DNA of 64,000 nt, taken from the sequence record MW735835.1; one strand, 5' to 3'. Numbering within the stretch: the first letter of the stretch is position 1; every line of letters starts with the position of its first letter. This document shows, piece after piece, positions 53,728 to 62,746 of the stretch. The notes beneath the pieces were generated by a model. That model saw only the letters and a program-made list of their open reading frames with translations. It made no database searches and was not told the origin of the DNA. The position numbers and the translations under genes were made by a program. Origin of the DNA: Pseudomonas phage pPa_SNUABM_DT01.

Positions 53728-54002
53728 CGGGCCGGCCTAAGGTCCCGCCACCCAGTGGCCTGCTGCTGTTGGCTGTGCTACTGGTGCTGCCCTTCCTGCA
53801 CGGGTGCGGCAATAACCAGTACAAAGCTGTCCCGGAGTGTGCCATCACTACTCCGCCTGATGTCAAGCGTTTCGCTCAGGGTAACCCTGACGAGCGTCTG
53901 GTCCTGATGTCCAACGCGTACATCTCCCAGACCAAGAACGTCAACGATTGCAACGCCAAGATCCGTTTGGTGAACGCATCGAACAAAGCCGTGGACAACT
54001 GA
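53709..54002 (+). CDS. o-spanin (Rz1-like outer-membrane lipoprotein), start uncertain
   Basis: Hydrophobic signal 'LLLLAVLLVLPFL' plus lipobox 'LHGC'; Pro-rich small mature protein with extra Cys; overlaps the i-spanin 3' end in a different frame. Confidence 0.5.
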   Translation: MCSIPLTGRPKVPPPSGLLLLAVLLVLPFLHGCGNNQYKAVPECAITTPPDVKRFAQGNPDERLVLMSNAYISQTKNVNDCNAKIRLVNASNKAVDN

Positions 54003-54008
54003 ATAATT

Positions 54009-54030
54009 GGCGAGGGCAAATGCCCTCGCC
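54009..54030 (+). terminator. hairpin ggcgagggc-aaat-gccctcgcc + TTTATGCCG
   Basis: 9-bp perfect stem. Confidence 0.5.
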
Positions 54031-54032
54031 TT

Positions 54033-54080
54033 TATGCCGATTTGATTGAAACTTTTTTCAACGATACATGATAGCGGTGA
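54033..54080 (+). promoter_or_regulatory. second copy of the 48-nt promoter-like block
   Basis: Identical to 50308-50355; 34 nt upstream of ATG 54114. Confidence 0.6.
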
Positions 54081-54113
54081 TCTACCATAACCTAGTCGTC
54101 GGAGACTATCATC

Positions 54114-54242
54114 ATGATCTTTCAAATCATCAATCTGCTGTCCGCTGTCAGCGTCATCAGTATCAACTGCCCGTTCGCGGATAAAGCAGTCATCACTGAA
54201 GTCTTCAAATTCGCCAAGCGCATCATCAGCGCTGTAATCTGA
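54114..54242 (+). CDS. small hydrophobic protein (42 aa), holin/antiholin-like candidate
   Basis: 'ggagactatcatcATG'; 'MIFQIINLLSAVSVISINCPF' single TM; below the ORF-track size cutoff. Confidence 0.35.
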   Translation: MIFQIINLLSAVSVISINCPFADKAVITEVFKFAKRIISAVI

Positions 54243-54252
54243 GGACATCGCC

Positions 54253-54417
54253 ATGAGCCTTCAAAACGCTGTCATCAGTGTCGCCATCGTGGGTAGTGGA
54301 GTCGGGGTGTACTACCTCGCCAAACACTACATTCAAAAGAAGAAAGAAGCTGAGGCCCGAGAGGTCGTCAGCAAACTGATCGCCGATGTACCGGAGATCA
54401 TCAAACCTTCCCGCTAA
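54253..54417 (+). CDS. small membrane protein (54 aa), holin-like candidate
   Basis: 'gaggacatcgccATG'; TM 'AVISVAIVGSGVGVYYLA' followed by a charged C-terminus. Confidence 0.4.
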   Translation: MSLQNAVISVAIVGSGVGVYYLAKHYIQKKKEAEAREVVSKLIADVPEIIKPSR

Positions 54418-54451
54418 ACGTGCACTTACCCTAGATCTAAGGAGATCTAAA

Positions 54452-54823
54452 ATGTCTTACCTTGATTCTGTTGTGTCGGTGTTCGCGCCGGTCATCCGAT
54501 TGTGGGCTGACAACCGTTCCATCCTGACCGAGTACGCTGCGGGTGCCCTAGTGGCAGTCAGCATTGAACTCAACAAAGACGAAGAGTCCGACGATGTCGA
54601 CTTGATCGTCCGGGCTCTGCATGGTGAGATCCTTCACCAAGAGCGTTTCACTTACAACTTCGAGAAATTGAAGGGGTATGCAGAAACCGCCAACAACCTG
54701 ACCGTCCATGGTCTCCGCAAAGAAGACCAACCGCAGTACCGCTCCAAAGCTGTCATCGGTTCGAAGACCATCCTGCTCACGCTGGACTGGACTCCGCTCG
54801 AAGATAACTCCTCGCAACACTGA
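54452..54823 (+). CDS. hypothetical protein (123 aa)
   Basis: 'taaggagatctaaaATG'. Confidence 0.5.
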   Translation: MSYLDSVVSVFAPVIRLWADNRSILTEYAAGALVAVSIELNKDEESDDVDLIVRALHGEILHQERFTYNFEKLKGYAETANNLTVHGLRKEDQPQYRSKAVIGSKTILLTLDWTPLEDNSSQH

Positions 54824-54855
54824 TAACCTTTACCCACATGCTAAGGAGCATGACC

Positions 54856-55518
54856 ATGTACACCAACTACACCATCATCGTCGACGCCCGTGAAATCGCT
54901 GAAGCACAAGTCAACACCGCTGAGCCCTTCAAAGATCTCTTCGTCACTCGCCTGCCCAGCGAGTGCGAGGAGGTCGGCTATGAACGCGTCAACGACACTC
55001 TCATCGTCAAGTACGAAGAGAATGAAGATGGCCGCATGATGATCACTGCGCAGATGCCGTACGAACTGCACGATCACCTGCCCCGCATCTTCGGCGTCAT
55101 CATGAAGTTGCACTACGGTGTCACCAAAATCAAGTTGGGGAACAAGACCATGCGTATCGACGTTATAGTGAACGACCCTACTGGGGTCTACTACAATGAA
55201 GCTGTGCTGGGCGGCAAGATCGTCCGTCACGAAACCGCCGGTAGCGTGTTCATTCGCATGGGTGATACCTACTCGGCGGTCAGTGACATCGCCCTAAAGG
55301 TCATCTACGAACGCTTCGTGCGCCGTGGTACCGGTGTCTTCATTCCTGACCATTACCTGGTGCGGTTCGTGATCAACGGCCGCTACATCTACGAACCTAT
55401 GGCTCGTCTGTTCGGCGATGCTGAAGTGGCCGCGTCTTTCAACAGCGCCATCGAAGCTGCCGATTGGGTAGAGAAGAGCAACATCATCCTCAAACAACTT
55501 GGAGATCTGACTTCATGA
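54856..55518 (+). CDS. hypothetical protein (220 aa)
   Basis: 'ctaaggagcatgaccATG'. Confidence 0.5.
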   Translation: MYTNYTIIVDAREIAEAQVNTAEPFKDLFVTRLPSECEEVGYERVNDTLIVKYEENEDGRMMITAQMPYELHDHLPRIFGVIMKLHYGVTKIKLGNKTMRIDVIVNDPTGVYYNEAVLGGKIVRHETAGSVFIRMGDTYSAVSDIALKVIYERFVRRGTGVFIPDHYLVRFVINGRYIYEPMARLFGDAEVAASFNSAIEAADWVEKSNIILKQLGDLTS

Positions 55519-55826
55519 TGAACGTCTATCACGAACAAGAAGGCCTGGTCTTCCGTAAGATCAAAGGCGAAGCCGGCATCAGCTACATTGCGGTGCCGGT
55601 GGAACAAGTGCCTGACACCACCAAGGAAGTCCCTTACGACCTGCTCGTCCGCCACGGCAATCCCCACACCGGCAATTGTGGCTACTATCCGTTATCCCTG
55701 CTCCTGGCCACACCCGATCGCCGCTGGTACGCAGCACAAAGAGCCAACAAGCGCCCGCCCACTGAAGAATGGGTGCGGCGCACGTTGATTGCCCTGGAGT
55801 TCGGAGGACTCCCGGTCATTCACTGA
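55515..55826 (+). CDS. hypothetical protein (103 aa)
   Basis: ATGA overlap; 'ggagatctgacttcATG'. Confidence 0.45.
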   Translation: MMNVYHEQEGLVFRKIKGEAGISYIAVPVEQVPDTTKEVPYDLLVRHGNPHTGNCGYYPLSLLLATPDRRWYAAQRANKRPPTEEWVRRTLIALEFGGLPVIH

Positions 55827-55833
55827 CGGAATA

Positions 55834-55875
55834 GAGGAGGGCCACTGGCCCTCCTCATCTCTTTCTTTTTTGCTT
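55834..55875. terminator. bidirectional terminator gaggagggcc-actg-gccctcctc + ATCTCTTTCTTTTTTGCTTTT
   Basis: Between convergent genes; long T-tract. Confidence 0.7.
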
Positions 55876-56994
55876 TTATTTGATCGAGCGATCCATCCAC
55901 TTGATCAGGCCGGTGACCACCTTGTGTTTCGGGTTCAGGTACTCCAGGCCGTCTTGCCAGCAATCACGAGCACCCTGCCAGTAGAAGCGGTCGTAGTAGT
56001 CCTCGTAAGTACTGTAGTCCGCTTCGTAGATCCAGTTGCTGAACCTGTCGCCGCCTTTGAAATCAAGCCACGGCAGCCATTCCATGCGCGGGAAGAACTT
56101 GGCGTTGGTCATGATCTCTTTGACCAGCAGAGCAACCTTGTGGATACCCTCCTTGTCTAGAGCAGGCAGGGTGTCTGACGGAGTTACCTCCATCTTCGCC
56201 TTTACCTGAATCCAACCATGCTTGTCGTCCACGTACGGAATCTGGTTGCCCAACGCCGTGCTGTTGAAGGTCGGGAACTTGTCGAGCGGATCGGGAAGGG
56301 CATTGAACTCTTCCACAGCCTTCCGAACGATCGCAATGGCTTCCTCGTCGTCCTCCGCGGCGCCAGCAGTAGCCGCTACAGTGCGCTTGTGGATAGCCTG
56401 AACCTGATCGTTCAACTTCTTGACCTGAGGTTCCCAGGTCTTGATGAACGCGCTGAGGTTCTTGTTGTGTTGTTCGATATTGGCCAGCGGATCAGTGACC
56501 GGCTTGCCATCGATCTGGAAGGTGCCAGAGAAGTCTTTCGCCGGGACGGTGCCTTCGACGAACTTCTGCTTGCCCAACCAGCTCTGGTTCAGGTAGGTCT
56601 TCTCCATCTCCTGAAGGAACTGACGGATCGCTTTGTCACGTTGCGACCAATCGGACTTTTCTTCGTCGGGGATGTACTTGGGATCGGGCTTAGGTTTGCT
56701 CCAGAAGCCGGACAGCTTGGTCAGTGCACCCAGGAGACCACTTTCTTGCGAGACCTGCACGTCATCCCCGGCCAAGCCAATCAGCATCTGCATCATGCCT
56801 TGGTGAACCAACGGGTTCTCGGGGTAGTCGTTGCCGATACGCATTGCGAGGGTGGTGGCGTCTTCAACGACCCGTGCCTTTTGTTCAGCCAGTTCGTCGA
56901 TCAGCTCGATATTCTCCAGCGAAGCCAACAGGGTCTTACCTGCCAGCCGGGCATCCGTAGGGAGAAGGTCTTGCATCAATGCGGATTTCATCAT
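55876..56994 (-). CDS. hypothetical protein (372 aa), minus strand
   Basis: Long ORF with coherent codon usage; convergent with the + block, co-directional with the helicase. Confidence 0.6.
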   Translation of the reverse strand: MMKSALMQDLLPTDARLAGKTLLASLENIELIDELAEQKARVVEDATTLAMRIGNDYPENPLVHQGMMQMLIGLAGDDVQVSQESGLLGALTKLSGFWSKPKPDPKYIPDEEKSDWSQRDKAIRQFLQEMEKTYLNQSWLGKQKFVEGTVPAKDFSGTFQIDGKPVTDPLANIEQHNKNLSAFIKTWEPQVKKLNDQVQAIHKRTVAATAGAAEDDEEAIAIVRKAVEEFNALPDPLDKFPTFNSTALGNQIPYVDDKHGWIQVKAKMEVTPSDTLPALDKEGIHKVALLVKEIMTNAKFFPRMEWLPWLDFKGGDRFSNWIYEADYSTYEDYYDRFYWQGARDCWQDGLEYLNPKHKVVTGLIKWMDRSIK

Positions 56995-57010
56995 CGGTCC
57001 TTAAATAGAT

Positions 57011-57030
57011 GATGGGCCCGAAGGCCCATC
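57011..57030 (-). terminator. hairpin gatgggcc-cgaa-ggcccatc between two minus-strand genes
   Basis: 8-bp stem, 4 nt after the helicase stop. Confidence 0.45.
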
Positions 57031-57033
57031 GGA

Positions 57034-59154
57034 TTAGAAGTTCATTGCACGGGGCGGCAGGAAGTCATCCCAACCGTCCTGGCCAAGGCTTTCCAGGCTT
57101 GGATCGTTGGCAGCAACGGTGTCCACTGGCAACAGTGCCTTGAGCTGTCCCAAGAACTGCTCGTTGTCGCCATCGGTCAGGTACGGGGCTTCTACCAGAG
57201 ACTCCAAGGAAGCTTCCAGATCGTCCGGTGCTTGCACGCCAAGGATTGCTTCCACTTGCTGCTTCGACCACTGCATGATGTCCTTCGAACGGGTGGAGAT
57301 GTTGGCTTCCATCCCGGTATCGAGGAACGTCTCCCAGACCTTGCAACGGTGCTTCTGACCCACACGGTCAACCCGTGCAATGGCTTGAGTCCGCTCGTAG
57401 TCACGGAAGGGCGCGTTGGTGAAGATCTCGGTATTGGCCATGGTCAGCGGGACCGCAGTGGACAGCGACTTGAAGGTCGCTACCAACGGGTTAGCATCTT
57501 GGTCTGCCTCGAACTTCTTGGTGATTTCCGGGAGGTCCTTGTTGGTCTCCCCGTACACCAAGAGCGGCTTGTAGCCGGCGTCCTTGAGCAGTACTTCCAG
57601 TTCCTTGACCACTTCCACGTAGCTGGTGAAGATCACCGTCTTACTGGCAGCGTTGTCGATGATGGTGTCCAGGGGCATGTTCGGCAGCATGTCCAGATGA
57701 CACTGGATACGCAGACGACCGAGGACCTGGGACAGCGCTTCACCCATCACCTTGAGGTCAACGTACTTGATGATCGCCCGCACGTTCAGGAACGGCTTGC
57801 GATACGCCTCAGGCAGACTGCCCACGATCTGCTTCAGTTCGTACCGGTTGCAGAACATCACCATGTCCTTCATGGTCACGGGGTCGTAACCACGGCGGAT
57901 CTGCTTGACGTACGCTTGGTACTGACCAAAGGCTGCACGGTCGGCGTTGTTCTTCAGCGTGGCTTCATGGAGGTCCATGCACTTGAAGTACAGGCCTTCG
58001 TATTCCTTCATCCCGTCCCGGTAGTACTTCAGGCGCTCTTCGATGAACTTACTCATCTTGTCACGCACGGAGGTCAGGGTGTACTCACTGCCGTTCTTGA
58101 TGGCGATCTTGACTTCCTCGGTGTCAACACCGGGAGTCTCGACCTCTTCTTTCACGACCTTGAAGGACACGATACCGATACGGTTGGCGAGGATGCTGAG
58201 TGCTTTCTTGGCTTCCTTACCGAAAATCTTGCGGAAGGCGTTTTCCACTTCCTTGGTGAAGTCGTTACAGATCGTGGCCAGCAACGTGATGGCTTCGGAA
58301 CCCATTGCCTTGAACGGGGTACCGGAAGCATGGACGACGTCACGGGCTTTCAGCGTGGTGCAGATGTCGATCAGGAAGCTGGTGCGATCCGACTGCTCGT
58401 TGAAGTTGTGGGATTCGTCGATGGCCACGAACACCTGGCCGAAGTTGCCTTTGTTGACACGAACGAACTCCAGGAACTTCTCCAGGTAGTCGTAGTGGAC
58501 GATATAGTACTCTTTACCGGGAGTCGGAGCCTCGCCACTCAGACTGTGCCAGTAATCAGGAACGCCCTTCTTGAAGAGCATCTTGATGGTCTTGACCCAC
58601 ACGTCGTAGACCGAGTTCTTCGGCACGACCATGACTTTGGTGTCAGCACCCAGGCAATGACCAAGAGCGTAGTTGGTGATGGTTTTGCCGCCACCGGCTG
58701 CCACGTCCATCAGCATGCCTTTCAGGGCGTACTCGAACGTGCGGCGATCGTACTCCTGTAAAAATTTATGCTGATAGTGAAATAATGTGACATTCAGGTC
58801 ACCCAGTTTGGAGTAATCCACACGCGGCTTGAACCCTGTCACCCCGATATTGTGCAACCACGTCGACTTGACCAGTTCCTCGTGGACCTTGGCCAGCAAC
58901 CGACGACCAACGAAAGTCCGTCGGGCTTCCATCAGTTCTTCAATGATGTGCAACACTTCGATGGCAAAGAACTTCGGAAACTTGACCGAGGAACGAGACA
59001 CCGAAGTGAAGATATTGCTGCTGATCTTGCTGGTTTTCCAGGCATTGTAAATGTCCTTGGAAAAGCGCAGACCGGGTATTCCGTTCACTATAATGTGAGA
59101 ATCCGTCTCTTTGACAGAGACAATCCCCAACATGCGCGAAAAGCTGGCGTACAT
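57034..59154 (-). CDS. SNF2/DExH-box superfamily-2 helicase (~707 aa)
   Basis: Walker A 'DVAAGGGKT', DExH 'VAIDESHNF', helicase C-terminal domain; start placed at 'MYASFSRM' (AGGAA RBS) rather than the ORF-track 59253. Confidence 0.7.
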   Translation of the reverse strand: MYASFSRMLGIVSVKETDSHIIVNGIPGLRFSKDIYNAWKTSKISSNIFTSVSRSSVKFPKFFAIEVLHIIEELMEARRTFVGRRLLAKVHEELVKSTWLHNIGVTGFKPRVDYSKLGDLNVTLFHYQHKFLQEYDRRTFEYALKGMLMDVAAGGGKTITNYALGHCLGADTKVMVVPKNSVYDVWVKTIKMLFKKGVPDYWHSLSGEAPTPGKEYYIVHYDYLEKFLEFVRVNKGNFGQVFVAIDESHNFNEQSDRTSFLIDICTTLKARDVVHASGTPFKAMGSEAITLLATICNDFTKEVENAFRKIFGKEAKKALSILANRIGIVSFKVVKEEVETPGVDTEEVKIAIKNGSEYTLTSVRDKMSKFIEERLKYYRDGMKEYEGLYFKCMDLHEATLKNNADRAAFGQYQAYVKQIRRGYDPVTMKDMVMFCNRYELKQIVGSLPEAYRKPFLNVRAIIKYVDLKVMGEALSQVLGRLRIQCHLDMLPNMPLDTIIDNAASKTVIFTSYVEVVKELEVLLKDAGYKPLLVYGETNKDLPEITKKFEADQDANPLVATFKSLSTAVPLTMANTEIFTNAPFRDYERTQAIARVDRVGQKHRCKVWETFLDTGMEANISTRSKDIMQWSKQQVEAILGVQAPDDLEASLESLVEAPYLTDGDNEQFLGQLKALLPVDTVAANDPSLESLGQDGWDDFLPPRAMNF

Positions 59155-59198
59155 TCCTATATTCCTTGCGAGGAGTATAAAACAAAGAGGGTCATAAC

Positions 59199-60779
59199 AT
59201 GACGCAGAAAACCACCGCTCAACCCAGCGCTGCCGAGATGCTGCGGGAAGCACAAAACTACCGCACCAGCCTCGAAGCCCTGATGTCGGTTGGCCGCGGC
59301 TTGCTGCTCAGCCCGTCCATGGAAAACGACGCTGCTGCGAGTTTCAAAGTCCTCACCGAAAACGTGCTGGAAGAAGCCAATCACCAGGCCGATCTCCAAG
59401 TCGTCGACGGCGTGGAAGAGCCCGCAGCTCAAGTCGAACTGATCATGCAGGACGTCCTCACTCCTCGCCTCACCGAAGTCGAGCAGATCGAACAAGCTCT
59501 GGCCATCAAGGCCGAGAACGACGAACCTGTTCCGTTCACCACTCGTGACGCTGAAACCAGCGCCTCGATGGAATCGCTGGCTCAGTCCGAAATCCTCGGC
59601 CTGTTCCACGAGAACATCAAAACCGTCGGCACCATGCTGTCGATGGAAAGTGCTACGGCCGATATGGTCCGTCCCCAAGTGCTGGCCATCGCCAAGCGTG
59701 CGGGTGAAGGCCTGGCGGCTCTGGGCATCTCGATGGAAGATCTGGAACAAACCCAGGTCATCGGCGAGATGCAAGATGCAGTGGCCCGTATCGAGACCCT
59801 CGTCGAGAAGGCGCGTGAATCCGCCGACGAGATCGCCGAGAACGCTCGTGCCGCTGCTGCTGAAGTGGGTTCCGAAGGCGGTGATCCGCTGGGCGACCTG
59901 ATCGAACAGCACCGTGCTGACCGTCCGACCGGGGCCAACCTCGATGACGGTACCACCACTTCCACCGTAGACACCGCCATCCCGGGTAAAGATGCCTCGG
60001 GTGACGCCGGTCTCGATGAAGGCGGTGCTGTGGGCGATGCAGGCGATGGTTCTGGCGACCTGCAAGAGCCGGACGCTGGCGGCGCTGATCTCGGCGCCGG
60101 TGGCGACGACCTGACGGGTGGTGATGCAGGTGACGACCTCGGCGCTGGTGCCGATGGTGATGGCACCGATCTCGACCTGGAAGGTGGTGACGGTTCCGAC
60201 CTGAACGACGCGGGTGCTGGTGATGGCACTGATGGCCTCGGTGACGGTTCGGGCGATGACCTGGGTGATGGCACTGACGGCGGTGACGCCGGCACTGGCG
60301 ATGACCTGGACCTGGGTGACGGTACCGATGGTGGCACTGGCGATGACCTGGAAGGCGGTGACGTCAATTCCGGTGATGCCGATGGTTCCCCGGTGAACGA
60401 TCCCGACAACGTCGCCGACGAAAACGACAACAACGAGGAAGAAGAGGAAGAGGATGAGGACGACCTCACCAACTCCAACGAATCCGATGTTGCTCCGGTC
60501 GTCTTCGAAGACTTCAACCGCCGTGCGCCGGAAGAAGTCCTGACTGCCAAGCCGATCCTCGGTGAGCTGATGAACTGGCTCTCTGGTTACGACCTGCTGA
60601 CCGAGAAGGGTCAAGCCCAACTCGCCGCTGGCGTTGAAGACGGCTTCGTCCTCGACAGCTCGATGGTGACCACTGGTGCAGCCGAAGTCCTGGCCCGTCA
60701 TTACGACACCTGGATCAACGGCTCCATCCGTGACGGTTCTGCCAACATCATGGCCCTGGCCGTGCTGATGGGCGTATAA
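59199..60779 (+). CDS. highly acidic Gly/Asp-repeat protein (526 aa)
   Basis: ~200-aa 'DLGAGGDDLTGGDAGDDLGAGADGDGTDLDLEGGDGSD...' low-complexity core ending in 'EEEEEEDEDD'; divergent from the helicase gene. Confidence 0.55.
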   Translation: MTQKTTAQPSAAEMLREAQNYRTSLEALMSVGRGLLLSPSMENDAAASFKVLTENVLEEANHQADLQVVDGVEEPAAQVELIMQDVLTPRLTEVEQIEQALAIKAENDEPVPFTTRDAETSASMESLAQSEILGLFHENIKTVGTMLSMESATADMVRPQVLAIAKRAGEGLAALGISMEDLEQTQVIGEMQDAVARIETLVEKARESADEIAENARAAAAEVGSEGGDPLGDLIEQHRADRPTGANLDDGTTTSTVDTAIPGKDASGDAGLDEGGAVGDAGDGSGDLQEPDAGGADLGAGGDDLTGGDAGDDLGAGADGDGTDLDLEGGDGSDLNDAGAGDGTDGLGDGSGDDLGDGTDGGDAGTGDDLDLGDGTDGGTGDDLEGGDVNSGDADGSPVNDPDNVADENDNNEEEEEEDEDDLTNSNESDVAPVVFEDFNRRAPEEVLTAKPILGELMNWLSGYDLLTEKGQAQLAAGVEDGFVLDSSMVTTGAAEVLARHYDTWINGSIRDGSANIMALAVLMGV

Positions 60780-60932
60780 GGTACTGGAAAACCCCGGTAT
60801 AGTATGTAGGACCTGTTCTTTCACAATGGACCGGCACACTGCATCCTGATGCGCTTGACTGCGTAGAACTGGATGGTCTTGAACCATCACCCTAGCGGTA
60901 CCCGCCCACTCCCCCATGGGGCGGGCCGCAAA

Positions 60933-60957
60933 GCGAGGAGGGCTTCGGCCCTCCCGC
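60933..60957 (+). terminator. hairpin gcgaggagggc-ttcg-gccctcccgc
   Basis: Preceded by a second hairpin cccgccc-(11 nt)-gggcggg at 60901-60925. Confidence 0.5.
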
Positions 60958-60959
60958 AC

Positions 60960-61247
60960 TATTTCGTTGCCTCTGGTGAACTCATCGTGATAACCAGAGA
61001 GGTGTTACCGTTCTGTTACCAGTGACCTCGCTACCTCGCTGCTCTAACAGTAAACGATGGCGACGTTGAGCCTGTGCTCCGCGCCGCTGCCAAAAGGTTG
61101 TTTTCCTGATCCGGCTAACAGGAAAGCGATCTGGTGCTCGGGGTGCCACTCCTCACCCTAAGAGTATCGCTAGAGTGCAGCCTCCAGTGTTCAGTCTTCG
61201 GATCGAACACTGGGGGAAGCACTCTGGTTATGCTTTTTTTGCCGTCT
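60960..61247 (+). ncRNA. candidate small RNA / structured regulatory region
   Basis: ~500-bp gap without ORFs; hairpins tttcctg-atccggctaa-caggaaa and cagtgttc-agtcttcggatc-gaacactg, ending with gaagca...tgcttTTTTTTGCC (intrinsic terminator) although the upstream gene already has its own terminator. Confidence 0.3.
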
Positions 61248-61292
61248 TCCAGAAATAATGGCGGGTAAGATATAGCACACTGGGAGGCGAGT

Positions 61293-61661
61293 ATGGAACT
61301 CTACACTGTAGCGCTCTCCCAATGGCGTAAAGCCAAGGAGAGACAAATTGAACTCTTCGACATCACGGTCAAGTCTGGCAAGGAGAAACTCTTTGCTCCA
61401 GATGACCAAGTCCTCTGGGCTTATAAGCGTGGCGAAGTCACTGACGAGCAGTACACTAAGCTTTACTTCCAACGGCTGAAGAAGAACATTGCAGCGCATC
61501 CTGACGTGTTTGAGTCCTTCCTGCAATTGGAAGGTCCGTTAGCTGTCGCCTGTTATTGTCGTGCGGGTAAGTTCTGCCACAGGCACTTGTTTGTGGAATT
61601 CATGGTCGAAGTAGCCGATGACAACGGCTATGAACTGAAGGTACGCGGCGAAATACTATGA
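61293..61661 (+). CDS. hypothetical protein (122 aa) with C-terminal 'CYCRAGKFCHRH' motif
   Basis: Better coding character than the antisense ORF 61191-61526; Cys-x-Cys...Cys-His-Arg cluster. Confidence 0.5.
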   Translation: MELYTVALSQWRKAKERQIELFDITVKSGKEKLFAPDDQVLWAYKRGEVTDEQYTKLYFQRLKKNIAAHPDVFESFLQLEGPLAVACYCRAGKFCHRHLFVEFMVEVADDNGYELKVRGEIL

Positions 61662-61695
61662 GTCTCGGATAAACAATCCTTCTAAAGAGGTTCTA

Positions 61696-62121
61696 ATGAA
61701 TTTCCTGCTAAGGGCGGCAGCCCTCCTGCCGAAGATCCCTCAGTACAACATCGCTCACGAACTCACCATGACTGTCGCGGGTCCAAACAACATGGACAAC
61801 CGTGGCTATGCAGGCGGGCGCAGTGCGAACATCGGCACCGGTTCCGCCATTGGTGCATTGAGCAACTACTCGTTCTTTGGCAACCAGCTCTATGCCATTG
61901 TCAACCGCTGGGAAGGCAATGAGATCCGAGTAGAGATCGATCAGCAGACCGCAGGGGCAACGATCCCTGACATCAAGGCCATCATTGTGGGTACGGCGCG
62001 TTACGACCTGTATGCTCGCGGTGGCAACCAGTACAGCAACACGTACGGTCTCTACTTCAGAGGTGAGGCCGGCAAGTTCCCGCCAAACGGACCTAACGTC
62101 CCTGTTAAGTTCGTGCTTTAA
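61696..62121 (+). CDS. hypothetical (possibly structural) protein (141 aa)
   Basis: 'aaagaggttctaATG'. Confidence 0.5.
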   Translation: MNFLLRAAALLPKIPQYNIAHELTMTVAGPNNMDNRGYAGGRSANIGTGSAIGALSNYSFFGNQLYAIVNRWEGNEIRVEIDQQTAGATIPDIKAIIVGTARYDLYARGGNQYSNTYGLYFRGEAGKFPPNGPNVPVKFVL

Positions 62122-62126
62122 CATAG

Positions 62127-62699
62127 GTGACGGTCATGGCATGTAAGACGGACAACTTCAAGTTCGATCCCGATAAGACGGCGTTGGAAAACCTCTTCGC
62201 TCTTATCTATCGAACCAACCGTGTGAAACTCAATCCAAACTTCGTGGACGTCGAGACTCCACGGGCCTTGGAAGACGGAGAGGACGATGATGGCGATAAC
62301 ACCGTCATTAAGGTTGTGGCAAAGGCGGGAGGACCCTTCAAAGGTCAAGAAGACCTCTACTACGCCCGAGCTGACATCAACACCCACTACCCCACCTTCA
62401 CCATCGACCTCAAGGATGTCATGGGCATCCACGACAAGTCCGCGCTGATTGCGTATCTGGACGGTCGGTTTAATCTGGTGGATGGTGAGTTCGACATCGA
62501 CATCAATGATCCGTTCCAGTCGTTGATGCAGTTCGGTGACGTGGACATCTTTGCCAAGGAAACCTCGCTCATCTACATCGGCCAGAAGAAGATCCATTTG
62601 TTCTGGTCTGAAGGCATTCGTCGAGTCACTGACGAAGGGCGCCTGCGCATTACTGATGAAGGTCAGATCCGCTTCGTGGAACTCGGTACTCTTGACTGA
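62127..62699 (+). CDS. hypothetical (possibly structural) protein (190 aa)
   Basis: GTG 62127 / ATG 62136 right after the upstream stop. Confidence 0.5.
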   Translation: MTVMACKTDNFKFDPDKTALENLFALIYRTNRVKLNPNFVDVETPRALEDGEDDDGDNTVIKVVAKAGGPFKGQEDLYYARADINTHYPTFTIDLKDVMGIHDKSALIAYLDGRFNLVDGEFDIDINDPFQSLMQFGDVDIFAKETSLIYIGQKKIHLFWSEGIRRVTDEGRLRITDEGQIRFVELGTLD

Positions 62700-62702
62700 C
62701 AG

Positions 62703-62734
62703 CATAGAGGGAGGGCCTAGGCCCTCCCTCTATG
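62703..62734. terminator. perfect palindrome catagagggagggcc-ta-ggccctccctctatg between convergent genes
   Basis: 15-bp stem. Confidence 0.6.
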
Positions 62735-62746
62735 TCGGATCGCCGA

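Noticed and set aside
57232-58761. 509-aa plus-strand ORF inside the helicase gene
   Set aside because: The minus-strand frame carries Walker A / DExH / helicase-C motifs; the plus frame is an antisense artefact (Val/Gly/His-rich).
59157-60959. 600-aa and 322-aa minus-strand ORFs antisense to the acidic repeat gene
   Set aside because: The repeat structure (GAT/GGT codons) creates open frames on both strands. The + frame has an RBS and a coherent acidic repeat protein, and the - frames read poly-Ser/Pro/Val.
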